This document shows, piece by piece, positions 1-9,049 of a stretch of DNA of 31,838 nucleotides. Origin of the DNA: an uncultured Caldimicrobium sp. (lineage in GTDB: Bacteria > Desulfobacterota > Thermodesulfobacteria > Thermodesulfobacteriales > Thermodesulfobacteriaceae); the NCBI GenBank assembly GCA_964549125.1, contig CAZJUD010000075.1:1-31838 (forward strand), read 5' to 3'. The notes beneath the pieces are model-generated. The model was not told the DNA's origin and did no database searches. It saw only the letters and a program-made list of their open reading frames with translations. Every line of letters starts with the position of its first letter. The first letter of the stretch is position 1. A program made the translations under genes and the position numbers.

Positions 1-624
1 AAAGGCTAAAAGGATGAAGAAATTTCGCAAGCTGTGAAGGGTTGGGTAAAGGGGGATGTGGGGCTTTAATTTCCTTGAAGACACTATTAGGGTTTCAGAG
101 AAGACCTTTGGGCTTGCTATTTTCTTTAATCTTAAGACTAAATCTACGTCTTCAAGGAAGGGATAGTCCTTAAAGCCACCAACCTCTTCATAGATGGCAC
201 GTTTTATGATTAAACCTTGGTCTCCAAAGGGTAGGGAAAATATCTTTGATCGAAAGTTAATCCAAGCTGAGAGCATGTTAAGCTCAAGGTTTGTAGGCTC
301 ATACCTTATAGGAAAAAAGCCCCAGGCAAATCCTTCTTTGATTGCTCCTCTTATGTCTACAGGCTTCGTAAATTGACAATCAGCGTGAAGAAAGAGGAGA
401 TAATCGCCTCGAGCTATTTCTGCCCCAAGGGAAAGCTGTTTCCCCCTACCTGGAGCAGATGATACAACCTTTGCTCCGAGGGAGTAGGCAACCTCAGCCG
501 TTCTATCCGTACTTCCGCCATCTACAACTATAACCTCATCAACCTCAATGTGAGAAAGACTTTCTAAGCAGGATTTTATAAATTTTTCTTCGTTTAAGGT
601 CGGTATGACGACTGACAAAAGCAC
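1..624 (-). CDS. Family 2 glycosyltransferase, TIGR04283-like (rSAM/selenodomain-associated transferase 2; arsenosugar biosynthesis type); 3' end lies outside the window
   Basis: Manual translation from GTG at 624 (in-frame TAG at 658-660 upstream; TTG at 642 is an alternative) is open to the window edge: LLSVVIPTLNEE...EVIVVDGGSTDRT...GRGKQL...YLLFLHADC...LPFGDQGLII..AIYEEVGGF..YPFLEDVDL..RLKK. It has the GT-A HAD motif plus the FGDQG and EDV motifs. Not in the ORF track because no stop falls inside the window. Confidence 0.85.
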   Translation of the reverse strand, partial: MLLSVVIPTLNEEKFIKSCLESLSHIEVDEVIVVDGGSTDRTAEVAYSLGAKVVSSAPGRGKQLSLGAEIARGDYLLFLHADCQFTKPVDIRGAIKEGFAWGFFPIRYEPTNLELNMLSAWINFRSKIFSLPFGDQGLIIKRAIYEEVGGFKDYPFLEDVDLVLRLKKIASPKVFSETLIVSSRKLKPHIPLYPTLHSLRNFFILLAF

Positions 625-751
625 AGGATCATTTAATAACAAAATTTTAGAAATTTTCTATTCTTTGGTAGGTAGTTTACGAAAAGTTTCACTGTTTATT
701 AGCATTGAAGCTCCTTGACGGTTTTTGGCTTGTGTTTCATCTTTTAAAAAC

Positions 752-2083
752 ATGAAAAGGGTTGCGCTTCTTTTTTACTATACTAAGGAAAATCGGTATA
801 GTCTTAACGTAATCCTTGGTGCACTTGAGAGGCATGTAATCTGTGATTCTTTGCAAGGCTTTGAAATTCTTTTTGCCAATGAAAGGAATGTTCTACAGCT
901 TGCAAAGGATGCTACTCAACGCTTTGACCTTGTGATTTTTTTGTTCTCCTTTTTTACTACCCAGATTTTCCAAATTTTTCCCTTAATTGAAAAATTAAAA
1001 TTTTCTTTGCCCAAAGAAAGGGTTCTCTTTTTAGCAGGGGGACCCCATCCAACTGGAGACCCCTTAGGAACTTTGATGGCAGGTTTTGATTTGGTATTTC
1101 TTTTTGAGGCAGAAGAAAGCTTGCCAAACTTTCTTAGAGCCTACTTAAGTTCTCAAGATTTTAAGAAGGTAAAAGGGATTGCCTATCTTGAAGAGGGTAG
1201 GGTTGTGTCTACAGGTAGACCTGACCCGATTGACTTAAACAAGTTTCCACCCTTTGCCGAGGTAGCTGGCAAGATAAATCCCATTGAAATAACAAGGGGT
1301 TGTCCCTTTGCCTGCTCCTACTGTCAGACATCAGCCCTTTTTGGGATAAAACCAAGGCATCGTTCTCAAGAAGTCATCCTTCATTATGTAGAAAAACTCC
1401 TTTCCCGAGGCATAAGGGATATAAGGTTTATCACTCCAAACGCCTTTTCTTATTTATCAACTGATGGGAAAAACGTGAATTTACCTGCTCTTAAGTCTTT
1501 CCTTAAGGAGCTTAGCAGTCTCGTAAAAAGTAAGGGTGGACGGGTATTTTTTGGCACCTTTCCCTCTGAGGTTAGACCAGAACACACGACAGAGGAGACG
1601 GTAGCTCTTATCAAGGAATACTGTGCAAACAATTCCCTCGTCATCGGTGCCCAGAGCGGTAGCGAAAAGATATTAAAGCTATGCAGAAGGGGACATACGG
1701 TTTCAGATGTGGAGCAGGCGGTTAAAGCGTGCCTTAAGTTTGGAATAACGCCTAAGGTTGACTTTATCTTTGGGCTACCCTATGAGGAAGAAGAGGATGT
1801 TAAGGCAACGGTAGACTTAATGAAAAGGCTTGCTAAGATGGGAGCGGTTATTCATGCCCATACCTTTATGCCCCTTCCTCAGACTGCATTCCAAAATAAG
1901 CAAGCTGGTAGAATCACGCGAGAGGTCTTTAACGCCATAAGAGAACTTCTGCCGAAAGGAAAGCTTTTTGGAGCCTGGGAAAGACAGATGGAATTTGCTA
2001 AGAAAATAGAGGATTATTTAAAAAGCCTTTCGCAAAAAAGAAAAGAGGGATTAAATTTAAGCTATGGCAAATCCCTGGTTTGA
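752..2083 (+). CDS. B12-binding domain / radical SAM protein (TIGR04013, MJ_1487-like family)
   Basis: CPFACSYC (CxxxCxxC), GGPHPT cobalamin-domain motif, EITRGC, GAQSGS. ATG at 752 preferred over the track's TTG at 725. Confidence 0.8.
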   Translation: MKRVALLFYYTKENRYSLNVILGALERHVICDSLQGFEILFANERNVLQLAKDATQRFDLVIFLFSFFTTQIFQIFPLIEKLKFSLPKERVLFLAGGPHPTGDPLGTLMAGFDLVFLFEAEESLPNFLRAYLSSQDFKKVKGIAYLEEGRVVSTGRPDPIDLNKFPPFAEVAGKINPIEITRGCPFACSYCQTSALFGIKPRHRSQEVILHYVEKLLSRGIRDIRFITPNAFSYLSTDGKNVNLPALKSFLKELSSLVKSKGGRVFFGTFPSEVRPEHTTEETVALIKEYCANNSLVIGAQSGSEKILKLCRRGHTVSDVEQAVKACLKFGITPKVDFIFGLPYEEEEDVKATVDLMKRLAKMGAVIHAHTFMPLPQTAFQNKQAGRITREVFNAIRELLPKGKLFGAWERQMEFAKKIEDYLKSLSQKRKEGLNLSYGKSLV

Positions 2084-2651
2084 TAGTTGGGCAAGGCTTG
2101 CTAAGGAGAAGGGCTATCCTGCACGCTCAGTCTTTAAGCTTAAGGAGATAAACGAGCGGTTCAAAGTTCTTAAGAGAGGGGATAAAGTTCTCGACCTTGG
2201 AACAAGTCCTGGTTCTTGGGCAAAGTATGCCTGCGAAGTTGTTGGGGAGGCAGGGCTTGTCGTGGGGATAGACCTTTCTCCCCCTAAGTTTTCAAGTAAG
2301 CTCTACCGGTTTATTAAGAAGGATGTCTTTGAGGTTAAAAAGGAAGACCTTGTCTCTCAAGATGTTCCATGCTTTGATGTCGTCCTTTCTGACCTGGCAC
2401 CAAAGACAACGGGGATAAAAGAAAGGGATCATCTGGAGTCCATTAGGCTTGCTGAACAGGCTCTACGAATTTGCGAATTGGTTCTCAGAAAAGGTGGAAA
2501 CGCCGTCGTTAAAGTCTTTGAAGGACCTGAGTTCCCGAAGCTTCGCAAGGAGTTTGAAAATAGGTTCAAAGATGTTAAACTCTTTAGACCAAAGGCTGTA
2601 AGGAAAGAAAGTAGAGAGATCTATGTAGTTGCCTTAAACTTTAAAGGTTAA
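2064..2651 (+). CDS. rlmE: 23S rRNA 2'-O-ribose methyltransferase RlmE (FtsJ/RrmJ)
   Basis: YPARSVFKLKEI, VLDLGTSPGSW SAM motif, VLSDLAP, VKVFEG, KPKAVRKESREIY-like C-terminus (RPKAVRKESREIY). Confidence 0.95.
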   Translation: MANPWFDSWARLAKEKGYPARSVFKLKEINERFKVLKRGDKVLDLGTSPGSWAKYACEVVGEAGLVVGIDLSPPKFSSKLYRFIKKDVFEVKKEDLVSQDVPCFDVVLSDLAPKTTGIKERDHLESIRLAEQALRICELVLRKGGNAVVKVFEGPEFPKLRKEFENRFKDVKLFRPKAVRKESREIYVVALNFKG

Positions 2652-2666
2652 GGCTTTAAAGGTTAA
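2639..2666 (+). repeat. 13-bp direct repeat CTTTAAAGGTTAA x2 (15-bp period)
   Basis: Copies at 2639-2651 (includes the rlmE stop) and 2654-2666 (its last A is the A of the sbcD ATG). Confidence 0.8.
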
Positions 2667-3820
2667 TGCGAATACTTCTTACCTCAGACTGGCATATTGG
2701 GAAAACCCTTTTTTCTAAAAACCTTCTTGAGGAGCAAGCTAAGTTCTTTGAGGACACCTTTTTTGCTTATCTAAAAGAGGTAAAGCCTAACCTTCTTATC
2801 AACGCTGGAGACATTTTTGACCGCCCTATTCCAGACCTTGATTCCTTAAGGCTCTTTGAAGGGGTCATAAAGAGGCTTTATGAGGAAAAAGTTCAGTCCC
2901 TTTTTATTCTTGGGAATCATGACTCAAGAAGGGCAAGCATTCATTGCGAGTTGTTGAAGGAGGTTGGTATAACTATTGCTCGGGATTTAACCTCTTTCTT
3001 CAACCCTTTAAGGTTTGATAATTCTGGCACAAAGGTTTATCTCTATGTACTTCCCTACTTATCTTTAAGGGAGTATGAGGAGGAGGTTAAGGAGCAGGAC
3101 TTTGAGAACACCGCGGATTTTCTTACGAACCTACTAAAAAAATGGACAAGCCACATTAAGAAACCGGCTATTCTTGTTTCTCATCTTGCCGTATCAGGCA
3201 CAGTTTGGACTGATGAGGAGCTCCCTCTTAAAGGTCTAAGTAGGGAGTATTTACTTCCCCTTGAATGTTTTTCAGCCTTTGATTTAGTCTTCCTTGGACA
3301 TCTTCATAGCCCTCAGGTTCATCAGGGAAAATTTATCTACCCTGGCTCCCCCCTTCCTTACTCCTTTGACCTTTCAACAAAAGAAAGAGGGTTCACCCTA
3401 ATTGAGATAAAGGACGGAAGACTTTCCCATCTTGAACAAATTCCACTTCCTTCTCCTTATGAACTAAAGGTTTATGTAGATTACTTTGAAAACTTACGGC
3501 GTCTTCCTCAAGATAGGGCTTATGTTAAAGTGGTGCTTAAGGATAAACAGCCGATATACGAGGTTGAAAGGGAATTAAGAAAGGTCTTCCCTAATCTTAT
3601 GACCTTACTTTACGAGGAGGATGAAAGGAAAGAAAATTCTGCAAACTTCTATGCTTTCATGGAGGAGGGTAGGTCAACCTCTTTTGAGTTAGAGCCTTTG
3701 ACAGTTTTTAAAAACTTCTATAAACATATACTTGGTAAGGAGATTGAAGAGGAGGTTTGGCAGGTCTTTAACAAATACTATCAAAAATTTATAGGGGAGG
3801 TTGAGAAGTATGGCCATTAA
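2666..3820 (+). CDS. sbcD: Exonuclease SbcCD subunit D (Mre11-like metallophosphoesterase)
   Basis: TSDWHIG, AGDIFD, GNHD, SH, LGHLH, YPGSP motifs and an SbcD-type C-terminal domain. Confidence 0.9.
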   Translation: MRILLTSDWHIGKTLFSKNLLEEQAKFFEDTFFAYLKEVKPNLLINAGDIFDRPIPDLDSLRLFEGVIKRLYEEKVQSLFILGNHDSRRASIHCELLKEVGITIARDLTSFFNPLRFDNSGTKVYLYVLPYLSLREYEEEVKEQDFENTADFLTNLLKKWTSHIKKPAILVSHLAVSGTVWTDEELPLKGLSREYLLPLECFSAFDLVFLGHLHSPQVHQGKFIYPGSPLPYSFDLSTKERGFTLIEIKDGRLSHLEQIPLPSPYELKVYVDYFENLRRLPQDRAYVKVVLKDKQPIYEVERELRKVFPNLMTLLYEEDERKENSANFYAFMEEGRSTSFELEPLTVFKNFYKHILGKEIEEEVWQVFNKYYQKFIGEVEKYGH

Positions 3821-4622
3821 GGTAGTGGTTGCAGGATGCGCTGGAAGGATGGGGCAGACCATTTGCAGACTGGTTCTTGCTGATAAGGAGCTTGAACTTG
3901 CTGGCTGCTTTGAAGCGAAGACAAACCCCTATGTTGGAAAAGATTTAGGAGAGGTATTAGGTATGCCGGCTCTTGGCATTAAGGTTGAAGATTCCTTAGA
4001 GAAGGTCATTGACAAGGGAGATGTAATAGTAGACTTTACTTTTCATACCGCAAGCTTAGAGCATGCCCGAGTTAACGCTAAGTATAAGAAGGCAATGGTC
4101 CTTGGGACAACTGGTTTTAGCAAAGAGGAGCTTTCGGAGATCCATGAGCTTGCACGGCAAAACTTTCCGCTCGTTCAGGACTACAACATGAGCACAGGAG
4201 TCAATCTTCTTGTGAAGCTCTGCGAGATTACGGCAAGGGTTTTATCACAAGGCTACGACATTGAGATCATAGAGGCTCATCATCGGATGAAGAAGGATGC
4301 GCCAAGCGGAACGGCTCTTAAGCTTGCTCAGGCAATCGCTAAGGTTCTTGGTAGGACGGATAAGGACTTTAGGTTCTGCAGAGAGGGCATCATTGGCGAG
4401 AGGTCAGATAGGGAGATCGGTATACAGACGATAAGGGGTGGAGACATCGTCGGAGAACATACAGTCCTATTTGCTGGCATCGGTGAACGGATAGAGCTTA
4501 CCCATAGGGCAAGCTCAAGAGAGACCTTTGCCAGAGGCGCAATAAGAGCTATAAAATGGGTCTACGGAAAGGAGCCCGGTGTCTACAGTATGCAGGATGT
4601 CCTTGGTTTGAAGGACCTATAA
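3810..4622 (+). CDS. dapB: 4-hydroxy-tetrahydrodipicolinate reductase
   Basis: GCAGRMG, DFT, GTTG, EAHHRMKKDAPSGTAL, RGGDIVGEH. ATG at 3810 follows GGAGG at 3796-3800. Confidence 0.97.
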   Translation: MAIKVVVAGCAGRMGQTICRLVLADKELELAGCFEAKTNPYVGKDLGEVLGMPALGIKVEDSLEKVIDKGDVIVDFTFHTASLEHARVNAKYKKAMVLGTTGFSKEELSEIHELARQNFPLVQDYNMSTGVNLLVKLCEITARVLSQGYDIEIIEAHHRMKKDAPSGTALKLAQAIAKVLGRTDKDFRFCREGIIGERSDREIGIQTIRGGDIVGEHTVLFAGIGERIELTHRASSRETFARGAIRAIKWVYGKEPGVYSMQDVLGLKDL

Positions 4623-4626
4623 GGAA

Positions 4627-4908
4627 ATGCCTTTTAGCTTGAAGCTTCTTTTACCAATTTTGCTTTGGTTTCTGTTTAGCATTAGGTACTATCCAAGCGA
4701 CCTTGAAAAGACGGTGGTTGAAACGGCTAAGATCTTTATCGGTTCAGGGCTTTGGAGTCTTGGGACGGTGCTTGTAGTTAATGGGCTTTTGCATCGTTTT
4801 AGCAGAAGAAGCCTTGACCCTCACTCTATGCTACGCTGGGTTCTCTGGCTTGCCGTCATCACCGCCATTTCTGCAAGCTTTGAACATTACTTCGGGCTAC
4901 GCAGATGA
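4627..4908 (+). CDS. Hypothetical small membrane protein (about 3 hydrophobic segments)
   Basis: Fills the gap between dapB and murI, with an ATGA overlap on murI and hydrophobic stretches. No family recognised. Confidence 0.7.
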   Translation: MPFSLKLLLPILLWFLFSIRYYPSDLEKTVVETAKIFIGSGLWSLGTVLVVNGLLHRFSRRSLDPHSMLRWVLWLAVITAISASFEHYFGLRR

Positions 4909-5726
4909 TAGGCGTTTTTGATTCTGGGCTTGGGGGATTGACGGTTGTAAAGGAACTTTTAAAGCACCTTCCGCAGTATAAGATCGTTTACTTTGGGGAT
5001 ACCGCAAGGACACCCTACGGCACAAAGAGCGCAGAAACCGTCATCCGCTATGCCATTGAGGATACAAAGTTCTTGCTTAGCCTTTCGGCTAAGATAATAG
5101 TCGTTGCCTGCCACACCGTTTCAAGCACCGCTATGCCAACCCTTAGGGAACTTTTTCCGAATGTCCCTTTTTTTGAGGTAGTAACCCCATCCTTTAGAAA
5201 GGCTTTAAGCCTAACCAAAAACAAGAAAATTGGTCTCATCGGCACAAGGACAACCGTTGAGAGCAGGATCTACGAGAAGCTTTTTTCAGAAGCTGACCCA
5301 GAGATAAAGCTTTACTCAAACCCTGCCCCTCTTCTTGTGCCTTTAATCGAGGAAGGATGGATAAAGAAGCCTGAGACAAGAAGCATCGTGAAGAAGTATC
5401 TAATTCCCCTTAAAATGAGAGGGATCGACGCACTTATTCTTGGCTGCACCCATTATCCTTTGCTAAAAAAGGTTATTCAAGAGAAGGCAGGAAAAAGGAT
5501 TAAGCTTGTTGACCCTTCCGAGGAAGTAGCTCTGCTTGTTAAGTCCTACCTTGAAGAAAATCCAAGCTTAAAGGAGATGTTAGCCCCAAACGGAGAACCT
5601 GAGGTATACGTTTCTGATTTAACGCCAAACTTTGAGCGGATGGCAAAGCTTTTTCTTCAAAGGAATGTTAAGCTACGTAAGGTTGACCTTGAGTCCTATC
5701 TTTCTAAGTGTGTAGATAAATCATAA
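4905..5726 (+). CDS. murI: Glutamate racemase
   Basis: IGVFDSGLGGLTV, GDTARTPYG, ACHT (usually ACNT), LGCTHYP; both catalytic Cys present. Confidence 0.96.
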   Translation: MIGVFDSGLGGLTVVKELLKHLPQYKIVYFGDTARTPYGTKSAETVIRYAIEDTKFLLSLSAKIIVVACHTVSSTAMPTLRELFPNVPFFEVVTPSFRKALSLTKNKKIGLIGTRTTVESRIYEKLFSEADPEIKLYSNPAPLLVPLIEEGWIKKPETRSIVKKYLIPLKMRGIDALILGCTHYPLLKKVIQEKAGKRIKLVDPSEEVALLVKSYLEENPSLKEMLAPNGEPEVYVSDLTPNFERMAKLFLQRNVKLRKVDLESYLSKCVDKS

Positions 5727-5738
5727 GGGAGATAAAAG

Positions 5739-6926
5739 ATGGGGTATATTGTAGAGATGGGAGAGCTATATCTTGCTCCAAACTATAAGCGTATACCTTT
5801 AGCCTTTGTTCGAGGACAGGGGACAAGACTTATTACTGAGGATGGAGTTGAGTATCTTGACTTTACTTCAGGGATTGCCGTCTGCAACCTTGGGCATACT
5901 CATCCTCGTCTCGTTTCAGTAGTTAAAAAACAGGCAGAGCTACTTTGGCATACATCAAACCTTTTCTACACGGAGCCCCAAGCAAGGCTTGCCATGAAGC
6001 TTTCTGAGCTAACCTTTGCCGACCAAGTCTTTTTTGCAAATAGCGGTGCCGAATCCGTTGAAGCAGCCTTAAAGCTTGCAAGAAAGTATGCCCAGGATAA
6101 CTTCGGCAAGGAAAAGCATGTCTTCATTGCCCTTGAAAACTCCTTCCATGGAAGGACGATGGGGGCTTTATCCGTTACTGGTCAGCCAAAGTATTGGCAG
6201 GGCTTTGAGCCCCTTGTTCCAGGAGTAGTTTTTATCCCCCCAAACGATGTGGAGGCTTTGAAATCAGCCTTTTCCGATAAGGTTTGCGCTATAATTCTTG
6301 AACCAATTCAAGGGGAGGGTGGAATTTATCCTTTGGATAGAGATTTTATTCTTTTTGCTAAGGAGCTATGCGAAAAGCATAAGGCTCTTCTCATATTTGA
6401 CGAAGTTCAGACGGGAATTGGAAGAACTGGAAAGCTTTTTGCCTACGAACACTTCGGTGTAGAGCCAGACCTTCTTTGTTCCTCAAAGGCTCTGGCAAAC
6501 GGACTTCCTCTGTCAGCCCTTCTTGGAAAAAAAGAGGTTATGGCTCATCTGACTCCTGGGTCTCATGCCTCAACCTTTGGAGGAAACCCCATTGCCTGTG
6601 CCGTAGCCCTTGAAGTCCTAAACATCGTCTCAGAGGCAGGTTTCTTAGAAGAGGTCGCCCTAAAAGGTAAGGTTTTAAAAGAAAAGCTTGAAGGGCTTGT
6701 CAAGGAGCATCCTAATTTGATTAAAGAGGTCCGTGGGATTGGTTTGCTTTTAGCTATAGAATTTTATGAACCTGCTGAAAGGGTCTTCAAAGGGTTGTTG
6801 GAAGAGAGAGTGCTTGTCACCATGCCAAAGCCCAATGTCGTAAGGCTTACCCCACCTTTGACCCTAAACTACCGAGAAATAGATTATTTTATTGAAGCTC
6901 TAAGCCAGGTCCTTAAAAGAGGTTAA
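5739..6926 (+). CDS. argD: Acetylornithine aminotransferase (class III PLP)
   Basis: FANSGAESVEAA, FHGRTMGALS, EPIQGEGG, FDEVQTGIGRTG, SKALANG (PLP Lys), HASTFGGNP. Confidence 0.93.
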   Translation: MGYIVEMGELYLAPNYKRIPLAFVRGQGTRLITEDGVEYLDFTSGIAVCNLGHTHPRLVSVVKKQAELLWHTSNLFYTEPQARLAMKLSELTFADQVFFANSGAESVEAALKLARKYAQDNFGKEKHVFIALENSFHGRTMGALSVTGQPKYWQGFEPLVPGVVFIPPNDVEALKSAFSDKVCAIILEPIQGEGGIYPLDRDFILFAKELCEKHKALLIFDEVQTGIGRTGKLFAYEHFGVEPDLLCSSKALANGLPLSALLGKKEVMAHLTPGSHASTFGGNPIACAVALEVLNIVSEAGFLEEVALKGKVLKEKLEGLVKEHPNLIKEVRGIGLLLAIEFYEPAERVFKGLLEERVLVTMPKPNVVRLTPPLTLNYREIDYFIEALSQVLKRG

Positions 6927-7689
6927 GAAGTTCTGAAATGTTTAAATCTAAAGAGGTTTTTAGACTTTCAAGGGTATCGTAGTTTGTTAAATCAAACTGA
7001 ATAGGGGTAATGGTTATGTAGCCCTCTTTTAGGGCGATGACATCGGTGTCAGGGCTTGTCTCAGTATGTTCTTCTGCCCCTTGCCAATAGTAGACCTTGC
7101 CGTGTAGGTCAAGCCTTTTGTCAAAGAATTCCTTTAACGGTGCCGTTGATTGTCTGACGAACTTTATTCCTTTTATGTTATTTGGATTTATGTGGGGGAT
7201 GTTGATGTTTAAGCAGAAGGGTTTTTTAATGGGCAAGGAGGGGAGGATTTTGATAAAATTTGCGATAAAGTTTGCGGCAAAGCAATAGTCTATGTTTTCG
7301 TAGGCGTCGATTGAGACTGCAATCCCTGGGTAGCCGAGGATTTTAGCTTCCGTTGCAGCGGATACTGTGCCAGAATAAAGGACATTTATACCAACATTAG
7401 CTCCTCGGTTTATCCCGGATATGACTAAATCTACCGGACCAATAAGCTCGTAAATAGCAAGCTTTACGCAATCAGCAGGGGTTCCAGATACCGCATAACC
7501 CCAGAAGAATTTTCCCCTTCTTATTTCCTTCACCCGCAGAGGATAATGAATGGTTATGGCATGACCAACGGCGCTTCTTTCTGCCTCTGGGGCAACGATG
7601 TAAACCTCATGTTCACAGCTTAGGGCAGCACTCAACGCACAAAGCCCGTCAGCGTAAATTCCGTCATCGTTCGTTAAAAGGATCTTCAT
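6913..7689 (-). CDS. surE: 5'/3'-nucleotidase SurE
   Basis: ILLTNDDG, SAVGHAIT, GTPADCV, SGINRGANVG, YSGTVSAA. Its 3' end overlaps argD convergently by 14 bp. Confidence 0.97.
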   Translation of the reverse strand: MKILLTNDDGIYADGLCALSAALSCEHEVYIVAPEAERSAVGHAITIHYPLRVKEIRRGKFFWGYAVSGTPADCVKLAIYELIGPVDLVISGINRGANVGINVLYSGTVSAATEAKILGYPGIAVSIDAYENIDYCFAANFIANFIKILPSLPIKKPFCLNINIPHINPNNIKGIKFVRQSTAPLKEFFDKRLDLHGKVYYWQGAEEHTETSPDTDVIALKEGYITITPIQFDLTNYDTLESLKTSLDLNISELLNLF

Positions 7690-7702
7690 CGTAAGCTTGG
7701 GA

Positions 7703-7879
7703 CTAAAATTCTTTAAACTTTTCTTTTATGTAGGTGAGACATTGCTTTCGGAATTGACAATAGTCGCCCTTGTGGCGACAACCTTCTCCTTCGTCCACCC
7801 ATTCTTTATACTTTTCACAAAAAAGCTTATTCTCGGTAGGATTAGAATTTTCAAAAGCCTTGTCTTTGTTCTCTTCCAT
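7703..7879 (-). CDS. Small four-cysteine hypothetical protein (58 aa)
   Basis: Manual translation: MEENKDKAFENSNPTENKLFCEKYKEWVDEGEGCRHKGDYCQFRKQCLTYIKEKFKEF*. ATG is 3 nt after the argJ stop with GGAG upstream; TAG is 13 nt before the surE start. Below the track's 60-aa cutoff. Confidence 0.75.
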   Translation of the reverse strand: MEENKDKAFENSNPTENKLFCEKYKEWVDEGEGCRHKGDYCQFRKQCLTYIKEKFKEF

Positions 7880-7882
7880 CCT

Positions 7883-9034
7883 TTAACTCCTGTATGAGGC
7901 ATTAATTTTCACGTAATCCTCCGTTAGGTCGCAGGTTAAGACTTCGTAGCTAACTTTACCAAGTTTTAGATTAACCACAAGAGAAACCTCGCTTTTTTGC
8001 ATTTCCTCCCGAAGGACTTCTTCGTTTGTTTCAACTGAAAGCTCCCTAACCCAGGGTTTGCCGTTTAAGAAGATTTGGACTAACTTAGGGTCAAAGTCTA
8101 TCCCGGTTTTGCCAAGGGCTGAAAGGATTCGCCCCCAGTTTGGGTCTGCGCCGTAAAAGGCAGTTTTAACAAGGGGAGAGTTGGCAATAGACATGGCAAA
8201 AGCCCGTGCCTCCTCTTTGTTTCTTGCCCCTTTTATTTCCACCCGAATTACCTTCGTTGCCCCTTCTCCATCCTTAACAATAAGATAGGCAAGCTCTTTA
8301 GCAAGGGAAATTAGGTTTTCTGCAAAGTCGTTTCCGTCTTTGACCTCTTTAATTCCGCTTGCCAAAAAGTAGACGGTGTCGTTGGTGCTGGTATCGCCGT
8401 CAACGGTGATGCGGTTAAAGCTCAGATCAACTGCTTTTGAGAGAAGTTTTTTCATCTCTTCTTTTTTTAAGTATCCGTCTGTTAAGATGAAGGCAAGCAT
8501 AGTTGCCATGTTCGGGGCGATCATACCTGCTCCTTTGGCTATTCCAAGGAGCTTTATACCATCCTTTGTTGTCCTTTGAGCAATCTTTGGGAAGGTGTCA
8601 GTCGTCATGATAGCTTTAGCAAAGTCTTCAGCCCTATCAGGGGAAAGCCCAGCTACAAGCTCAGAAAGCTTAGGAATGATCTTTTCAAGGGGAAGCTGTT
8701 CTCCGATTACACCTGTGCTTGCCGGAAGTATCTCAAAGGGCTTAAGTTTTAGCAGGCTTGCAAGCTCTTTCAAAACCGCTTCAGCCCGCCTTATTCCCTC
8801 CTCTCCCGTTGCTGCGTTTGCTAACCCGCTGTTTGCAACTATGGCTCGATGAAAGGGTTCTTTAAGGTTTGTCTTTCCGATAAGCACCGGAGCAGCCTTT
8901 AGGGTATTTTTAGTAAATACTCCCCAGGCTGTTCCTTTTCTTTTACATAAGATTAATCCAAGGTCAAGCTTCCCCTCCTTTCTTATCCCACAGGAAACGG
9001 CAGAGAACAAAAAACCCTCTGGCGCACTAACCAT
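7883..9034 (-). CDS. argJ: Ornithine acetyltransferase / N-acetylglutamate synthase ArgJ
   Basis: [37 protein letters not shown] (autoproteolytic Thr), [29 protein letters not shown]. Confidence 0.97.
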   Translation of the reverse strand: MVSAPEGFLFSAVSCGIRKEGKLDLGLILCKRKGTAWGVFTKNTLKAAPVLIGKTNLKEPFHRAIVANSGLANAATGEEGIRRAEAVLKELASLLKLKPFEILPASTGVIGEQLPLEKIIPKLSELVAGLSPDRAEDFAKAIMTTDTFPKIAQRTTKDGIKLLGIAKGAGMIAPNMATMLAFILTDGYLKKEEMKKLLSKAVDLSFNRITVDGDTSTNDTVYFLASGIKEVKDGNDFAENLISLAKELAYLIVKDGEGATKVIRVEIKGARNKEEARAFAMSIANSPLVKTAFYGADPNWGRILSALGKTGIDFDPKLVQIFLNGKPWVRELSVETNEEVLREEMQKSEVSLVVNLKLGKVSYEVLTCDLTEDYVKINASYRS

Positions 9035-9049
9035 ACGTTAACCTCCAGT

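Noticed and set aside
194-376. 60-aa plus-strand ORF
   Set aside because: Antisense shadow of the minus-strand glycosyltransferase.
7697-7897. 66-aa plus-strand ORF
   Set aside because: Antisense to the 58-aa Cys protein, which has an SD and fits the minus-strand operon.
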